A DNA stretch of 64,000 nucleotides from Felis catus (GCF_018350175.1 NC_058383.1:22756001-22820000); one strand, 5' to 3'; counted from the stretch's first letter, positions 12,093 through 24,648 are shown. Made by a program: numbers and translations. Notes: generated by a model from the sequence alone, not told the origin.

Positions 12093-12971
12093 TCCCTCTC
12101 ATTCTTGCTGCCATCAACAGTTCTTCATTTTTTTTCCAAAATGGGAGTAAGATGTTCTTCTAAGTTACTTTCCCTTTTTCCCCAGAGACTTTCCTTCTGG
12201 AACTCTCGCCTTGTCAGTTGTCCTGTTGGGCAAGTCGCGGGAGTTAGATGAATTCTCGGGAACCCGACCAAGAAGTGGTCTCATCCTTTCTAGTTGTATG
12301 ATCTTGACTGGCTTATTTATTCTGCTGGCAGTTTCTCTGTCTTCTGGCCTCATAGGGTTGCACAAGGTTAAAGTGAGGTTCTATCAATGGAAAAGCTTTG
12401 GAAGAAGTGTGAATGTAAAAGGGGGACAGCTTATCTACAGTGCATTTTTTAAAGTGTTATTACCTACTTAGTGTATGGAAGGTCTTTCATATTCTCATGA
12501 TCTCTGTTTTATTTATTGACATATTCAAGCAGATACTCTCTTCCTCCAGGAAGAATGAGTGATAGAGAGTGGGAGAAGCCCTCTCAGGCATCAGCCAAAG
12601 GGGGTGATTTCTGTGTCCATACCTTGGAGGAAACAGGGCAAAGTTGTACAGACTGATGCAATGGGGGAAATAGTTTAGGACAAGATTTAAGAGCATTTCT
12701 CATCATGTATTTCATCTAACGGATAATTTTGGCATATCTCCTATATGCAGGGCATCGTGTAAGAAGTACTTCCTTACATTAAATAGAATGCGAAATCATG
12801 TGCAAAAGCAAAGTAAATGAAATTTGCCTTTGGTGCTATACGTTTGTTATACTGTCTTGTTTATAATCCAAAATCAGTTGTTAGTTTGAAATAATAAGAA
12901 TCCATTTACCACATATTACACTTTGGGTAGATGGCATAGAGACCAGGGACTCCACCTAACTCACAGGAGGC

Positions 12972-13320
12972 CTGTATCAGTTTGAGTTTCTTTTGGTTGC
13001 AAGTGACAGAAACCCAATTCAAACTGGCCTAAACAAAAGAGAGAGAGAGAGAATACATTGCTTATGGAACTGAGAAGTTCAGGAGGTGTTGCTGATCCAG
13101 GAGCACAAACTGTGTTGTTAGGACCCCGTCTCTCTTTCTTGCCATATCTTGGCTCTCTCTGTGTGTTGGCATTACTTCCAGGTGCACTTTTCACGTGGCC
13201 CTTAGAGTTCCAGCCATCTATCCTCAGAGCTTAAGAACAGGTCCCAGGATTAATCTTGTTTGCATTGATGTGCAGGCTTTTGCATCTCTGAATCCATTAC
13301 TCTGGAGATGAGTCAGCTCA
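12972..13320. mobile_element. MLT1-like (ERVL-MaLR) LTR relic
   Basis: Start motif TGTATCAGTTTGAGTTTCTTTTGGTTGCAAGTGACAGAAACCCAATTCAAACTGGC; right boundary uncertain. Confidence 0.6.
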
Positions 13321-13364
13321 CTGGAAACATTTAAATGGAAAATGGTCAAAAGGTGTAAACTTCA

Positions 13365-13492
13365 GGGGTGCCTGGGTGGCTCAGTCAGTCGAGCGTCTGA
13401 CAATCTCAGCTCAGGTCTTGATCAGGGTCATGAGTTCAAGCCCCACATTGGGCTCAACACTGGATATGAAGCCCACTTAAAAAAAAAAAAAA
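13365..13492 (+). mobile_element. Short CanSINE inserted in an old L1 3'UTR
   Basis: GGGGTGCCTGGGTGGCTCAG head, poly(A); degenerate TSD AAAGGT..A.ACTTCA. Confidence 0.85.
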
Positions 13493-13810
13493 AGGTACAG
13501 ACTTCAGTTGTAAGATAACAGGTACTAGGGATGTAACATACAACATGATGACCATAGCTAACATTGCTGCATATGATACATAGGGCAGTTGTTGAGAAAA
13601 TAAATCTGAAGAGTTCTCATCGCAAGAAGAATTTTTTTGTCCTTTATTCTTTTCTTCTTTCTTTTCTTTTTATTGTATCTACGTGAGAAAATGGATGTTA
13701 GCTGAACCTATTGTAATCATTTCACAGTATGTGTGGATCAAACCAGCATGCTCTGTGCCTTCAACGTATACAGTGATATTATGTCAACTGTTCTCAATAA
13801 AACTGGTAAC
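13493..13810 (+). mobile_element. Old L1 (L1MA/L1_Carn-like) 3'UTR fragment
   Basis: GGTACAGACTTCAGTTGTAAGATAA...GTTCTCAATAAAACTGG, typical of L1 3' ends. Confidence 0.7.
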
Positions 13811-14675
13811 AAAACCAAGAGTATTAAATAACACTATTCTTTGATAAAGACAATTGACATTTGCTCTGTCTTACGTATATGTAATTACCAGCAGCTATAG
13901 GAAAGTGCTAATGGTACAGTTTAGTAATATAAACTAAATAGTTTGCTCTGCAAAAAAAAAAAAAAAAAAAAAAAAAAAAGTGGGAGAGTGAGAGGCAGAT
14001 GCCCTGTCCCTCGAGAACAGCCAGAGTTTTGTCAGCAGAAGAAGGGCAGTGGGTGTGGATGCACAACAACACGTCCACCATCAGACCCCTGCCTGCCCCC
14101 CCCCCCCCCCCGCACCCAGCACCCAGCACCCAGCAGGTGGCTCTTCCCCAGGCAGGTGCTCAAGCAGTGCCTTGTGTGTTGAGTCGGTGGTATTGGCAGG
14201 AGTTAGATCTCTGTATTGGGGTTGCCAAAGTAAGTTTCCTATTTCTTTCTTTTGTCTAAGTCAAGAACTTCCCCTAGTTTTACATATTTGTGTTTAATTG
14301 AATGTACTAACCTTGAAGAACTCAAACTCCTCTGTAAGGGCTAAAGACTCACATGTTACCTGTAAGTTTTTCAACACTTTTCCTAACTGGGTTTGCTATA
14401 TCACCAAATTCTGCTTTATTATTTGTTTCAAGAAATAACAAATTCTACTCTATCCAGTGGAGATTTTTTTTTAAGTTGTGATTATATATTTAGACTAGTA
14501 AATGTACCAGTTTTTATCTGAAAACACTCTTTGAATATACACCAAAATGTTGACAGTGTTTAACAGAGTGTGATAGGATTTCCTTCTTACTTATTTTCCA
14601 TTTTTTTCTACCAGGAACATGTTATTTATGTTGCTGAAAAACAATGCTATTTAAAGTAGTCATTAATTTACTACA

Positions 14676-14870
14676 TTTTTTTAAAAGTTTATTTTGAGAG
14701 AGAGAGAGAGCAGGGGAGGAGCAGAGAAAGAGGGAGAGAGGGAATCCCAAGAAGTCTCCATGCTGTCAGCACAGAGCCTGACATGGAGCTTGATCTCACA
14801 AACCATGAGATCATGACCTGACCTGAAACCAAGAGTCGCATGCTTAACCGACTGAGCTGCCCAGGCTCTC
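14676..14870 (-). mobile_element. CanSINE
   Basis: SINE body; TSD approximately TACATTTTTTT. Confidence 0.85.
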
Positions 14871-15938
14871 TTTAATACATTTTTTTTTTTTTTTTTTTTG
14901 TAGTGCGCTGTACTAATTTCTAGGAACTGTGAGAGATAAGACAGGAAAGGTCACAGCCTCATGGAGCTTGTATTTCTAAGGGTGAGAAAGACAAACTATC
15001 ACACAGGTGACTAAATAGAATAATATAGATTTTGATTAGTTCTACGAAGGAGAATATGTGATAGGAAATAAATAACAAGAGAAACCTAATTTAGATTTCT
15101 AAATTCTAAATTGATTGGTAAAGACCCTCCTGATAAGGGGAGAACCATACAGAGAGCCAGAAAGATCATCCCAGACAGTAAGTGCAAAGGCCCTGGGGCA
15201 GCAAAGAGCATCGTGATTCTAGGCAATGGGCAGAAGGTCTGCTTGTGTCAGCATTTTTTAGTTCATATAAATATTAGATTGAGTCATATGACATTGCTAT
15301 CTATGTTTGTAGGTCAAAATGGTTGAATAGCAGTAGTTTCATATGGTTCAGTCAGTGCTGTGATTGGGCAGTCCTGCCATTGACCTGCAAGTGACTGAAG
15401 CTCTCTGGGCTGCACTTTCCTCACCTGTAACATCAGGTCCATTGATGGTTTCTTAGGTATCTTTCTGTTGCTGGCATTTTATGATTCTAGTCAGAGCCAG
15501 GATGAGGTGAGGCAGGTGAAATGCCTCAAGCACAAAAATCTAAGGAGGCTCTCACCCTGCCCTTGTGCAAGCCTGAGAGTGAGAGTCCCCTTTGATTTTG
15601 CAGCCCAGGCTTGCCCCTACCCGCCACCCCCCTTCCTGCCCCCCACCCCAGTCCCAGCCCTGATTTGAACTCATTCCATTCTTCACATACAGCAATGACT
15701 TTGCCGATGTATGATCTCAGCTCTGTCAGTGATGCTTACTGATGCATTATCTAAACAAGCCAAGGCTTGCGGTGTCTGAGTAGGTATTCTCCCCTTATCT
15801 TGACTTATTTTTCGTCTTCTTACTCTCCATGCATGAGTTAATTCATTGCATAGGTAAGAAGTTCCGAACAGGAGCTTACATATGTCCACATTTAGCCTGG
15901 TGAACTCTTTCTTCTGTCCGCAACAGGAAACCTGTTAA

Positions 15939-16172
<234 letters not shown>

Positions 16173-16229
16173 TAATTAGCCAGTAGGGGGTGTTCTTGGT
16201 CCAGCCTGTGGATTCATTTCCTTGCCAGT

Positions 16230-16254
16230 GGGGGGGGGGGGGGGGGGGGGGGGG
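16230..16254 (+). repeat. G25 homopolymer
   Basis: Direct reading. Confidence 0.9.
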
Positions 16255-16867
16255 AGGGTTGGGGAGGGAAGCAAGCCCTCAGTTTTCAGCATATTTTATG
16301 TTTATAGCTGGATTTCATTTATAGACTGAAAAGTTGTTACAATTCCTCCCATTCTTGTCTTTCAAGGGAAAGTAGTCTCTTAGGCCTTACGATGCTCTCT
16401 GGAAGCTGTCAGAATTTTTTGTTTTCTGGGGTTGTTGATGTTAGGTAAAAAAAAAAAAACAAACCCAACAGCTTCCCGGGCTAACTTGATTCCTTCACGT
16501 CCAACCTTGCGTGTCTTTAAGCAGGGGTGTTGGGACATGAAGCTGAAGTGCACATTCAAGCACACTCGAAAGGTCTGTCGGGGAGAGTGTAGCATGCCCA
16601 GTGGAAGGACCCTGGCACGCTGTTGGGACAAGATAAAAGAAGAAAGGAACACTGGGAGGGCAACGGATTCAATGTCTGATAGATGATCAGAGCAGGTGGC
16701 TGTGACTTCTCGTTTTAGCCCTCCTTTGAAGCAACTGGCCTTCAGCGGGCAGTTGCTGGGGACAGTAGGTGGCAGGAAATCGCTCACCTTGTTGGGAGGG
16801 CAGGACAGCGTTAGCAGGTGGCCTGTCTCAGTCACTCAGCAAGGTCCCCTTTGCTCTGCCTCTGCAG

Positions 16868-16990
16868 GCGCAGCTTTTAGCAACCTGGCAGGAGCTGTGC
16901 CAGAGTGACCTCCCTCTGGATCGGCAGCTCACCAGATTCTACGACGCCCTGCTCGGGGCCTGGCACACGCAGATCCAGTGGTCTACGCAG
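16868..16990 (+). CDS. COG7: COG7 coding exon (probably exon 6), 123 nt
   Basis: ctctgcag|GCGCAG...ACGCAG|gtaacg; [41 protein letters not shown]. Confidence 0.96.
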
Positions 16991-18169
16991 GTAACGGCTC
17001 GCTTGGGTCTTAGGGGATGGGTGTCTGCTCTGGCAGTGGTCTCTCCTCTGCTTCAAGCGTTCCTGGAAGAACCTCCCTATTTGCTGCCATCACCAAAGGA
17101 GTTAAAGATAAGCCTCGAAACCCAAGGCAGTAAAATCTTTCAGTCTCCTTAAAACTCTTCTTATCGTTCTCATCTGTATCTTAAATAGAATCTAATGTGA
17201 CAGTGTTGCGTGTTGTTCAGCCAGGGAGCCTGTGGAATTCCTGGAGGCCGTTATCTTCTGATCTAAAAGCAGGAGGCCCTTGGTCAGGTGGTGCTTGAGT
17301 GAACAGGATTGTTTTTATCTTAACTTCAGGTAAAACTCACCTGGCTTAGTTTCCCTTGTTCACACGGTATGCCCAGAGCTCGAGGAAGAGTACAATTTTA
17401 CAGGCGCCCTCCAACCTAGGGGACCAGTGAGACAGAGGAACTTCATTTCAAGTGGAAACTTCTCCTCACTTGTCTTCCCAGAGCCTCTTGGCATTTTCTG
17501 CCGTCCAGGGTGTGAACACTTCTTCCCCCGTCTCAATGCCAGGAAGTGCCCCAGATCCTCTTCCCTCTTTTAGGAGAGAAGAGGCTGTGACTTACTGGGC
17601 CTGTTGATGGTGTGGTGTGGCTTTTGGTCTGCTTTCAAAATTAGTTGTGAATTAGTCTTGCAGTGTCCGTCCGTCCCCTGCTGGAACGAACGTGACTGTA
17701 GCTGGAGGGAATCCCTTGTACAGGGTCATGTCCATTCTGGTGTTTAAAGTCCTCTTCTCTACCCTCATTGCTTTCTCCTGGAGCCAGCCAAACTCAGATT
17801 TAGGTTACAGCAGCATGAAACACACTTCCTGTAGATGTTTCACAGCACTTAAGTGGTTGTCGGTTTTCAGTGACCCTGGTGATGCACATCCATTTCTGTG
17901 TCCTTGCCTTCTTTTACCGTCCCTTATGTTGTGAAGATAAAACCAGCTTATGTCTGCAGGTGCATATGCCCTTCATCATCTAAGAAAAAGGATTTAGACT
18001 TCTCAAATTATGTTCTGGCCTCATCCTATAAATCCTGCTAATTTATGCTTTTGGTCAGTGGTCCATTTCCTTTTCAGGGAAGTAAAAGCCTGATAGGTGG
18101 CCGTCATCTTGTGAAGGTCAGTATAGTGCAAAAGAAAAGCAAAGACACCACAGTAAATGTATCCCCTTC

Positions 18170-18957
18170 TGATTTACCCCCCAGTATTATAATATGAAAA
18201 TTTTCCAACATATAAAAGAGTTGAAAGAATTGTATGATGAACACCCATGTACTCACTTTTGCACTCTGCAGTGAACATTTTGCTATGTTTGCTCTGTCAT
18301 AAATCTGTCCATCTTCCCATGTACTTCTCCACTCATTGACTGGTCTTATTTTTTGATTCATTTCAAAGGAAGTTGCAAGCATTATTTAGTTCTGAACATG
18401 CATATTATTAACTAGAGTTCAATATTTGTCCCTCCCCGCCCCCTTTTAGGTAAGATTGTGGAATGTAATGATCTTAAATATGCTATGTGATCAATTTTGA
18501 CAAATGTTGTGTAACCTGATCCCTGTTAAGATATAGAGAACATTAAGATAAGAGGACATTACCATCACTCTAGAAAGTTCTCTCATGCTCCTTCCTAGTC
18601 AGTCCAACATCCCTGAAGGCAGCCACTGCTCTGATTTTTTTCCACCATAAATTAGGCCTGTTTTCAAATTTTTGTAAACTTTTTTTAATTAAAAAAAAAT
18701 TTTTTTGCCCCTGCCCCTTCAGTTGTTTTTTTTTTTTTTCTTTTTAAATGTTTTATTATTTTTGAGAGAGAGAGCAGAGTACAAGCAGGGAAGGGGCAGA
18801 GAGAGAGGGAGACAAAGAATCCAAAGCAGGCTCCAGGCCCTGAGGTGTCAGCACAGAGCCAGACATGGGGTTCAAACCCACGAACTGTGAGATCATGACC
18901 TGAGGTGAAGTTGGATGCTTAACTGACTGAACCACCCAGGTGCCCCATTTTTAAAAT

Positions 18958-19012
<55 letters not shown>

Positions 19013-20340
19013 TTTTTGAGAGACAGAGACAAAGCACAAGTGGGGAAGGGGCAGAGAGAGAATGAGACACAGAATCCGAAGCAGGCTCCAGGCTCCGAGC
19101 TGTCAGCACAGAGCCCAACACAGGGCTCGAACTCACAAACTGTGAGATCATGACCTGAGCTGAAGTCGGACACTTAACCGACTGAGCCAACCAGGCGCCC
19201 CCTGTTTTCGAATTTTAAATAGACGGAATCAGGCAGTGTGTGTTCTTCCTGCAAGGTTTCTTTCATTGAGCATGTTTGTGAGATTCATTTATGTTGTGTG
19301 AGTCAGTGGTTTGTTCCTTTTTATTGCCAAATACTGTTAACGTGGTGTGAATATTTCACAGTTGGCTTATTCATTCTTATACTGATGAACACCTGGGATA
19401 TTTCCATTTTGGGGCTATTATGAATAAAGCTGCTAATGAACATTGTTCTCTAAGTCTTTTTTGTGTATACACATATTCATATCTCTTGGGTAAATATCTA
19501 GGAGTGGAATTGCTGGATCATTGGGCAGATGTATGTTTAGATTTATAAGAAACTGCCAGACATTCTTCCAAAGTGGTTGTACTTTTTATAGTCTCACGAG
19601 TGTGCGAGCATCCTGATTGCCACACATCTTTGCCAAAGTTAGGTGGTGTCAGTCTTTCTAAGCTAGTCCATTCTGGTGGGTGTGTTGTAGTATTTCATTG
19701 TGGTTTTAATTTGTATTTTCCTGATGACTAAGAATATTGAGCACCTTTTCAATGTGCTCATATCTTCCTTTGTGAGGTGTCTGCTTAGATCTTTTGCTCA
19801 TTACAAAAAATTGGGTTATTTGCGTTTTTATTATTGAGTTGTAGGAGTTTTTTATATATCTCAGATAAGAATCCTTTGTAAGATATAGTTTGTAGATACT
19901 TCCTTCCAGTCTGTGGCTTAAACAGAGGTATTGATTTTGTTGAAGCCTAATTTATTAATTTTTGCTTTTATGATTATTGTTTTGTAAGAAACCATTGCCA
20001 ACCTCCAAATTGGAAAGATGCTCTGTTGTGTTTTCTTCTAGAAACTTGTTTAGTTTCTTTAAAAAAAATTTTTTTTAACATTTATTCATTTTTGAGAGGC
20101 GGGGAAGGGCAGAGAGAGGGAGACACAGAATCCAAAACAGGATCCAGGCTCTGAGCTGTCAGCACAGAGCCCAGTGCAGGGCTTGAACCCACAAACCGTG
20201 AGATCACGGCCTGAGCCGAAGTCAATGCTTAACCAACTGAGCCACCCAGGTGCCCCTAGAAGCTTCCTTAGTTTCTACAGTAAGGTCTGTGGCCCATTTT
20301 GAATTAGTCTTTGTGTATGTTGTGAGGTGAGGTCAGATTG
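18170..20340 (-). mobile_element. Old L1M-type fragments interrupted by CanSINEs (~18740-18946, ~18948-19200, ~20060-20256)
   Basis: L1 3'UTR and ORF2-end motifs (GGGTAAATATCTAGGAGTGGAATTGCTGGATC; CATTGTGGTTTTAATTTGTATTTTCCTGATGACT) with three antisense SINE bodies. Confidence 0.8.
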
Positions 20341-21099
20341 TTTTCAGGTGAGCTGTTGAGGTTGCTTCTATAGCCTGAGTTAAGTTTGCTCTTATAGTGT
20401 GTGGACTTTGTGGTGGTTCTGTGGCCAGGTGCCAGAGAATCCCTTTTGCCAGATCTCTTCAAAGGACAGGGGGCACCTCTGGGTGTGAGACCCAGTGTGT
20501 TTTAATTGAAATGTGTAAAAAAAACTGCCACTGAAGGTCTATGATGTGACTTTATAGTTGCAGCTGACCAGCCAATTAGTGTAATTCTTCCCCTGCCCCA
20601 GGTCATCTGAGTAGGAGATAAGAGTGAAGGAGATTCTCATTGTGCAGTCCATCCTCACCAAACATAGCGAGGAGTCAGGATTCCTTTTCTAGAAGGCCCA
20701 TTTTCATTTCCTCCTCTGGTCTCTTTCTCGCAGCAAGTTTCTTCTGCCAAATGAGGACATTGGGCTGGCTGGTATCTGAAGGTCTTTCTGATTTTCTCAC
20801 ACAGCACGATTGCGGATAGTGAGGGGAATGCGTTGGCTGGAGATAGGAGGGTTTGTGTTGGTGCAGCTATGTGTGGGGGGAGGAACTGTGAATTTAAGAC
20901 AGGAGTTTGGCTTTCTCAAGAAGGTAGTGAGAGTCTGGAGCAACAGCGAATGATGACGTTGCTGTTTTAAGAATGGTTTTGGTGTAAAAAAAAAAAAAAA
21001 AAAAAGAATGATTTTGGTGTCAAAACATCACCTATGTAGTTTCCCTGCCCAGAAGGCTTAACCCTAATGTTCTCATGAGGAAGCATGCAGACAAATTCA

Positions 21100-21400
21100 A
21101 GGTTTGTCAATTTTGTTGATCTTTTCACAGAACCAACCAGTTCTAGTGATTTTTAAAATTAACTTTCTGTATTTTATTTACCTCTGCTCTAATCTCTATT
21201 ATTTCCTTCCTTCTTCTAGCTTTGGGTTTGGTTTCTTTTTCTTATTCCTTAATGTATGCAGTTAGGTTGTTGAGTTGAGATATTTCTTCTTTTTTAATGT
21301 ATGTGTTTAGAGCTATAAGTTTCCCTCTTAGTGTTACTTTTGCTGTATCCCATAACTTTTGGGGAGTTGTGTTATCCTTTTCACTCATCTCGGGGTATTT
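21100..21400 (-). mobile_element. Old L1 ORF2 internal fragment
   Basis: GGTTTGTCAATTTTGTTGATCTTTTC..AGAACCA...CTCTAATCTCTATTATTTCCTTCCTTCT is L1-like. Confidence 0.7.
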
Positions 21401-21481
21401 TCTAATAAAAATGTGAGTTTATTGATTTTATAGTTTTTAAGCTTATACCTTTTGTGGCCTTAGAGTTACCTAAGAACAGGG

Positions 21482-21917
21482 TTTTTTTTTCTACAGATTT
21501 ATTATTATGCACATCATTTTTTTTAATATGAAATTTATTGTCAAATTGGTTTCCATACAACACCCAGTGCTCATCCCAACAGGTGCCCTCCTCAATACAC
21601 ATCACCCACCCTCTCCTCCCTCCCACCGCCCCCCATCAACCCTCAGTTTGTTCTCAGCTTTTAAGAGTCTCTTATGTTTTGGCTCCCTCCTTCTCTAACC
21701 TTTTTTTTTTTTTTCTTCCCCTCCCCCATGAGGGGGAAGAAACTTCTGTTAAGTTTCTCAGGATCCACAGAAGAGTGAAAACATAGGGTATCCGTCTTTC
21801 TCTGTATGACTTATTTCAATTAGCATAACACTCTCCAGTTCCACATTGCTACAAAAGGCCATATTTCATTCTTTCTCATTGCCACGTAGTATTCCATTGT
21901 GTATATAAACCACAATT
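21482..21917 (-). mobile_element. Short felid L1 3' end with a double poly(A) tail
   Basis: AAATTTATTGTCAAATTGGTTTCCATACAACACCCAGTGCTCATCCC is the felid L1 terminus; imperfect TSD CCTAAGAA.AG. Confidence 0.85.
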
Positions 21918-22130
21918 CCTAAGAAGAGTTTTATATCTTGTTTTCATTTTTGTGCATATTTAAGCCACATTATAATAAAAAATCATTCAATCAACACAGG
22001 GGAGTCTGCGAGAAGCCCTCTCTAAATGTACTGTGTACATTTTTACAGTTTTTTCCAAGAGATCAATACTATATAAAATAGAAGAAAAGACTCTTGGTGA
22101 ATAAGTGAATCTATAATCTAAAAGGCCTCT

Positions 22131-22339
22131 GGGGTCCTCAGTGGCTCAGTCGGTTAAGTGTCCAACTCTCAAGTCATGATCTCATGGTTTGTGGGATTGA
22201 GCCCCATATCGGGCTCTGCGCTGACAGCGAGGAGCCTGCTTGGGATCCTTTCTCTCCCTCTCTCTCTGTTCTTCCCCCACTCAGGCACACGCTCTCTCTC
22301 TCAAATGTAAATAAATAAACATTAAAAAAAAAAAAAAAA
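22131..22339 (+). mobile_element. CanSINE
   Basis: SINE head, poly(A); TSD CTAAAAGG(C/T)C. Confidence 0.9.
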
Positions 22340-22867
22340 CCCTAAAAGGTCCTGGATACACTATTCCTGGTGGTCCTTAGAGTAAAAGATAAATCTGTCT
22401 TAACCCAAGGTCTATGTCAAGGGGAGATGTGGTTGTGGGCTGGTGTGCAAATCTGACTAAATGTCCTCCAACCCTGATTCAGTGAAGTGTTCTTCTTTAA
22501 TTCTGTTTTATTCTCCACCTCCCATGCACTCCTAGTTTCTGCATGGTCATCTTCACAGCCCTTGCTGGCCAGATTTTGGTAGCTATCTAAATTCTACATG
22601 TGATAAATTTGAAAAAGTCACTTGTGGCTAGCAATAGACATGGAGTAGCCAATTGTTCTGGACAAGTTGCAAGTTGTGCCAGTTACTTGACTTTCTGAGC
22701 TTGTTTGGGTTTGTAGGAAGGAACACTTGGGGCTTAAAGCTCTTGATGAGGCCATTTTCCAGCTGTTGGAGAAATTCCTTTGAGAGCCGTCCAGGAGACT
22801 GCTTCTTGAAAAGGTATGTTCCTGCTTGGTCCTTTGTGCTAATGCAGATACCTCTCTCCTACTGCAG

Positions 22868-23066
22868 GTCTTCAAGAACCCCCACGAGGTGGTGACCGTG
22901 CTGCTGATTCAGACTCTGGGGGCCTTGCTGCCCACCCTGCCTGACTGCCTCAGCTCAGGCGTGGAGAGGGCAGGGCCTGAGCTGGGGCTCCTCAAGCTCC
23001 TGGAGTTCTACGATGCCACCGCCCACTTTGCCCAGGGGCTGGAGATGGCGCAGCTCTCCCGCCCAC
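22868..23066 (+). CDS. COG7: COG7 coding exon (probably exon 7), 199 nt, phase 0 to 1
   Basis: ctactgcag|GTCTTC...CCCAC|gtaaat; [66 protein letters not shown](H). Confidence 0.95.
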
Positions 23067-24431
23067 GTAAATGCTCCTTCCTCCCAGTCCCCTGGCCTGT
23101 CTTCACATGCTCTTTTTGAAGCTTCTGGGGCTTGGGTTTGTCTGTCTTTTCGGATGACTGATTTTACAGATTTGGAAGGGATCCTTGTTTTCCTTCTCAG
23201 CAGATATGGAAGCCTTTTCCATGAAAGCATTGCCATTGGAAATGGTTGCTGCCTGATGTATTAACCAAACCCAGTGCTACCTAGGGGCTTTGCATGCTCT
23301 GGGGAAGTGGGGGGCACTTTGGCAGGCACTTAGAATGTGCAAGAGGCAGGTGGGGCCTCAGTGGCCTCGAATTGGCAGCAGATTGCATTGGGAAGGTAGT
23401 GTCCTCTTCCCTTGAGATGTCATAAGACCTCAGCTCAACCTAAAAAGTAAGCTGAAGAGGACGAATAGGTCAGAGGAACTTTTTGATAGGGCGTCAGCAA
23501 GGTTTTAAGGGCAGGGAGGCCGTGTTAGGACTAGGGGTGGTGGTGGGGAAAATGGGCATTCCCCAGCTGTGTCCGGGAGCAGAGCTCTTCTCCTTCCCAT
23601 TTGGGAACACAGCGATGTTGTGTTACGTTTCCCCAGCTGTTTCCCCTGTAAGTTAAAAGCATCATAAACTTTCAGGTAGCACAAGATCTCATGACGCATG
23701 CTGCTGTCAAATCAGGAAATCGCTTCGGGAAGGCCTTGTCCTGCCGTTTGGCGGCTATGTGTCACTAACTTGGTTTATTTAATAGTTATTCCCTTTAATT
23801 ACATTTGGTTATAATTACTTCGTACATTCCAGGGAGTGTGTTTATTGTTCCAGTTCCGGATGATTCATAGGTGTTTTGGCTCACTCACTCGGCAGATCTT
23901 GGTTGTGGGAAAGGCTTGGGGGATGTGGGTAGCTTCCAGGGGACGAGGATGCCATGTCCATGGGGCTAGAGTGTAGGCCATTTAGCCTGCTGGAGCAGAG
24001 TGGAATGAAGGTAGGGCAAAAGGGCAGATTGCCTTCCTCCCACTGGTGATGGACATTACTGAAGAAGAGAGAACCACCCTCCAAAGAATAATGCATACAA
24101 GTACTTTGTTAGTCAGCCATGGAAATTTAGATTTTTAATGATTCCTATCAAGGTTTCCAAAAAAGTATTTTTTTTAAAATTTAAAAATACTTTGGAAACA
24201 CCCAAAAATAAAATAGAGTAAAAATGATTCACAACCTCATCATTCAGAGAGAGCCTCTGGCAGCCTTCCATTGTATTTTCTGCTAGTAATTCAAATATAA
24301 ATACACATTTTCCACAAATACATATAAAAATATATACACGTATACACCTATACACATATACATCTTTTAAAATAATGGTTGCATACAAACTTAAATTACC
24401 TTTTTTTGCTCAAAATAATATAATGATAGGG

Positions 24432-24648
24432 TTTTTTTTAGTGTTTATTTATTTTTGAGAGGGAAAGAGAGAGACAGAGTGCAAGTGGGGGAGGGGCAGA
24501 GAGAGAGAGGGTGACACGAAATCTGAAGCAGGATCTAGGCTCCAAACTGTCTGCACAGAATCTGACACGAGGCTCGAACTCACAAACCATGAGATCATGA
24601 CCTGAGCCGAAGTAGGACACTTAACTGACTGAGTCACCCAGGCGCCCC
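24432..24648 (-). mobile_element. CanSINE
   Basis: SINE body; TSD TATAATGA. Confidence 0.9.

Noticed and set aside
13952..13979. Long A-run as another poly(A)-only insertion
   Set aside because: No flanking direct repeat is visible. The same applies to the T-run at ~48849-48874.
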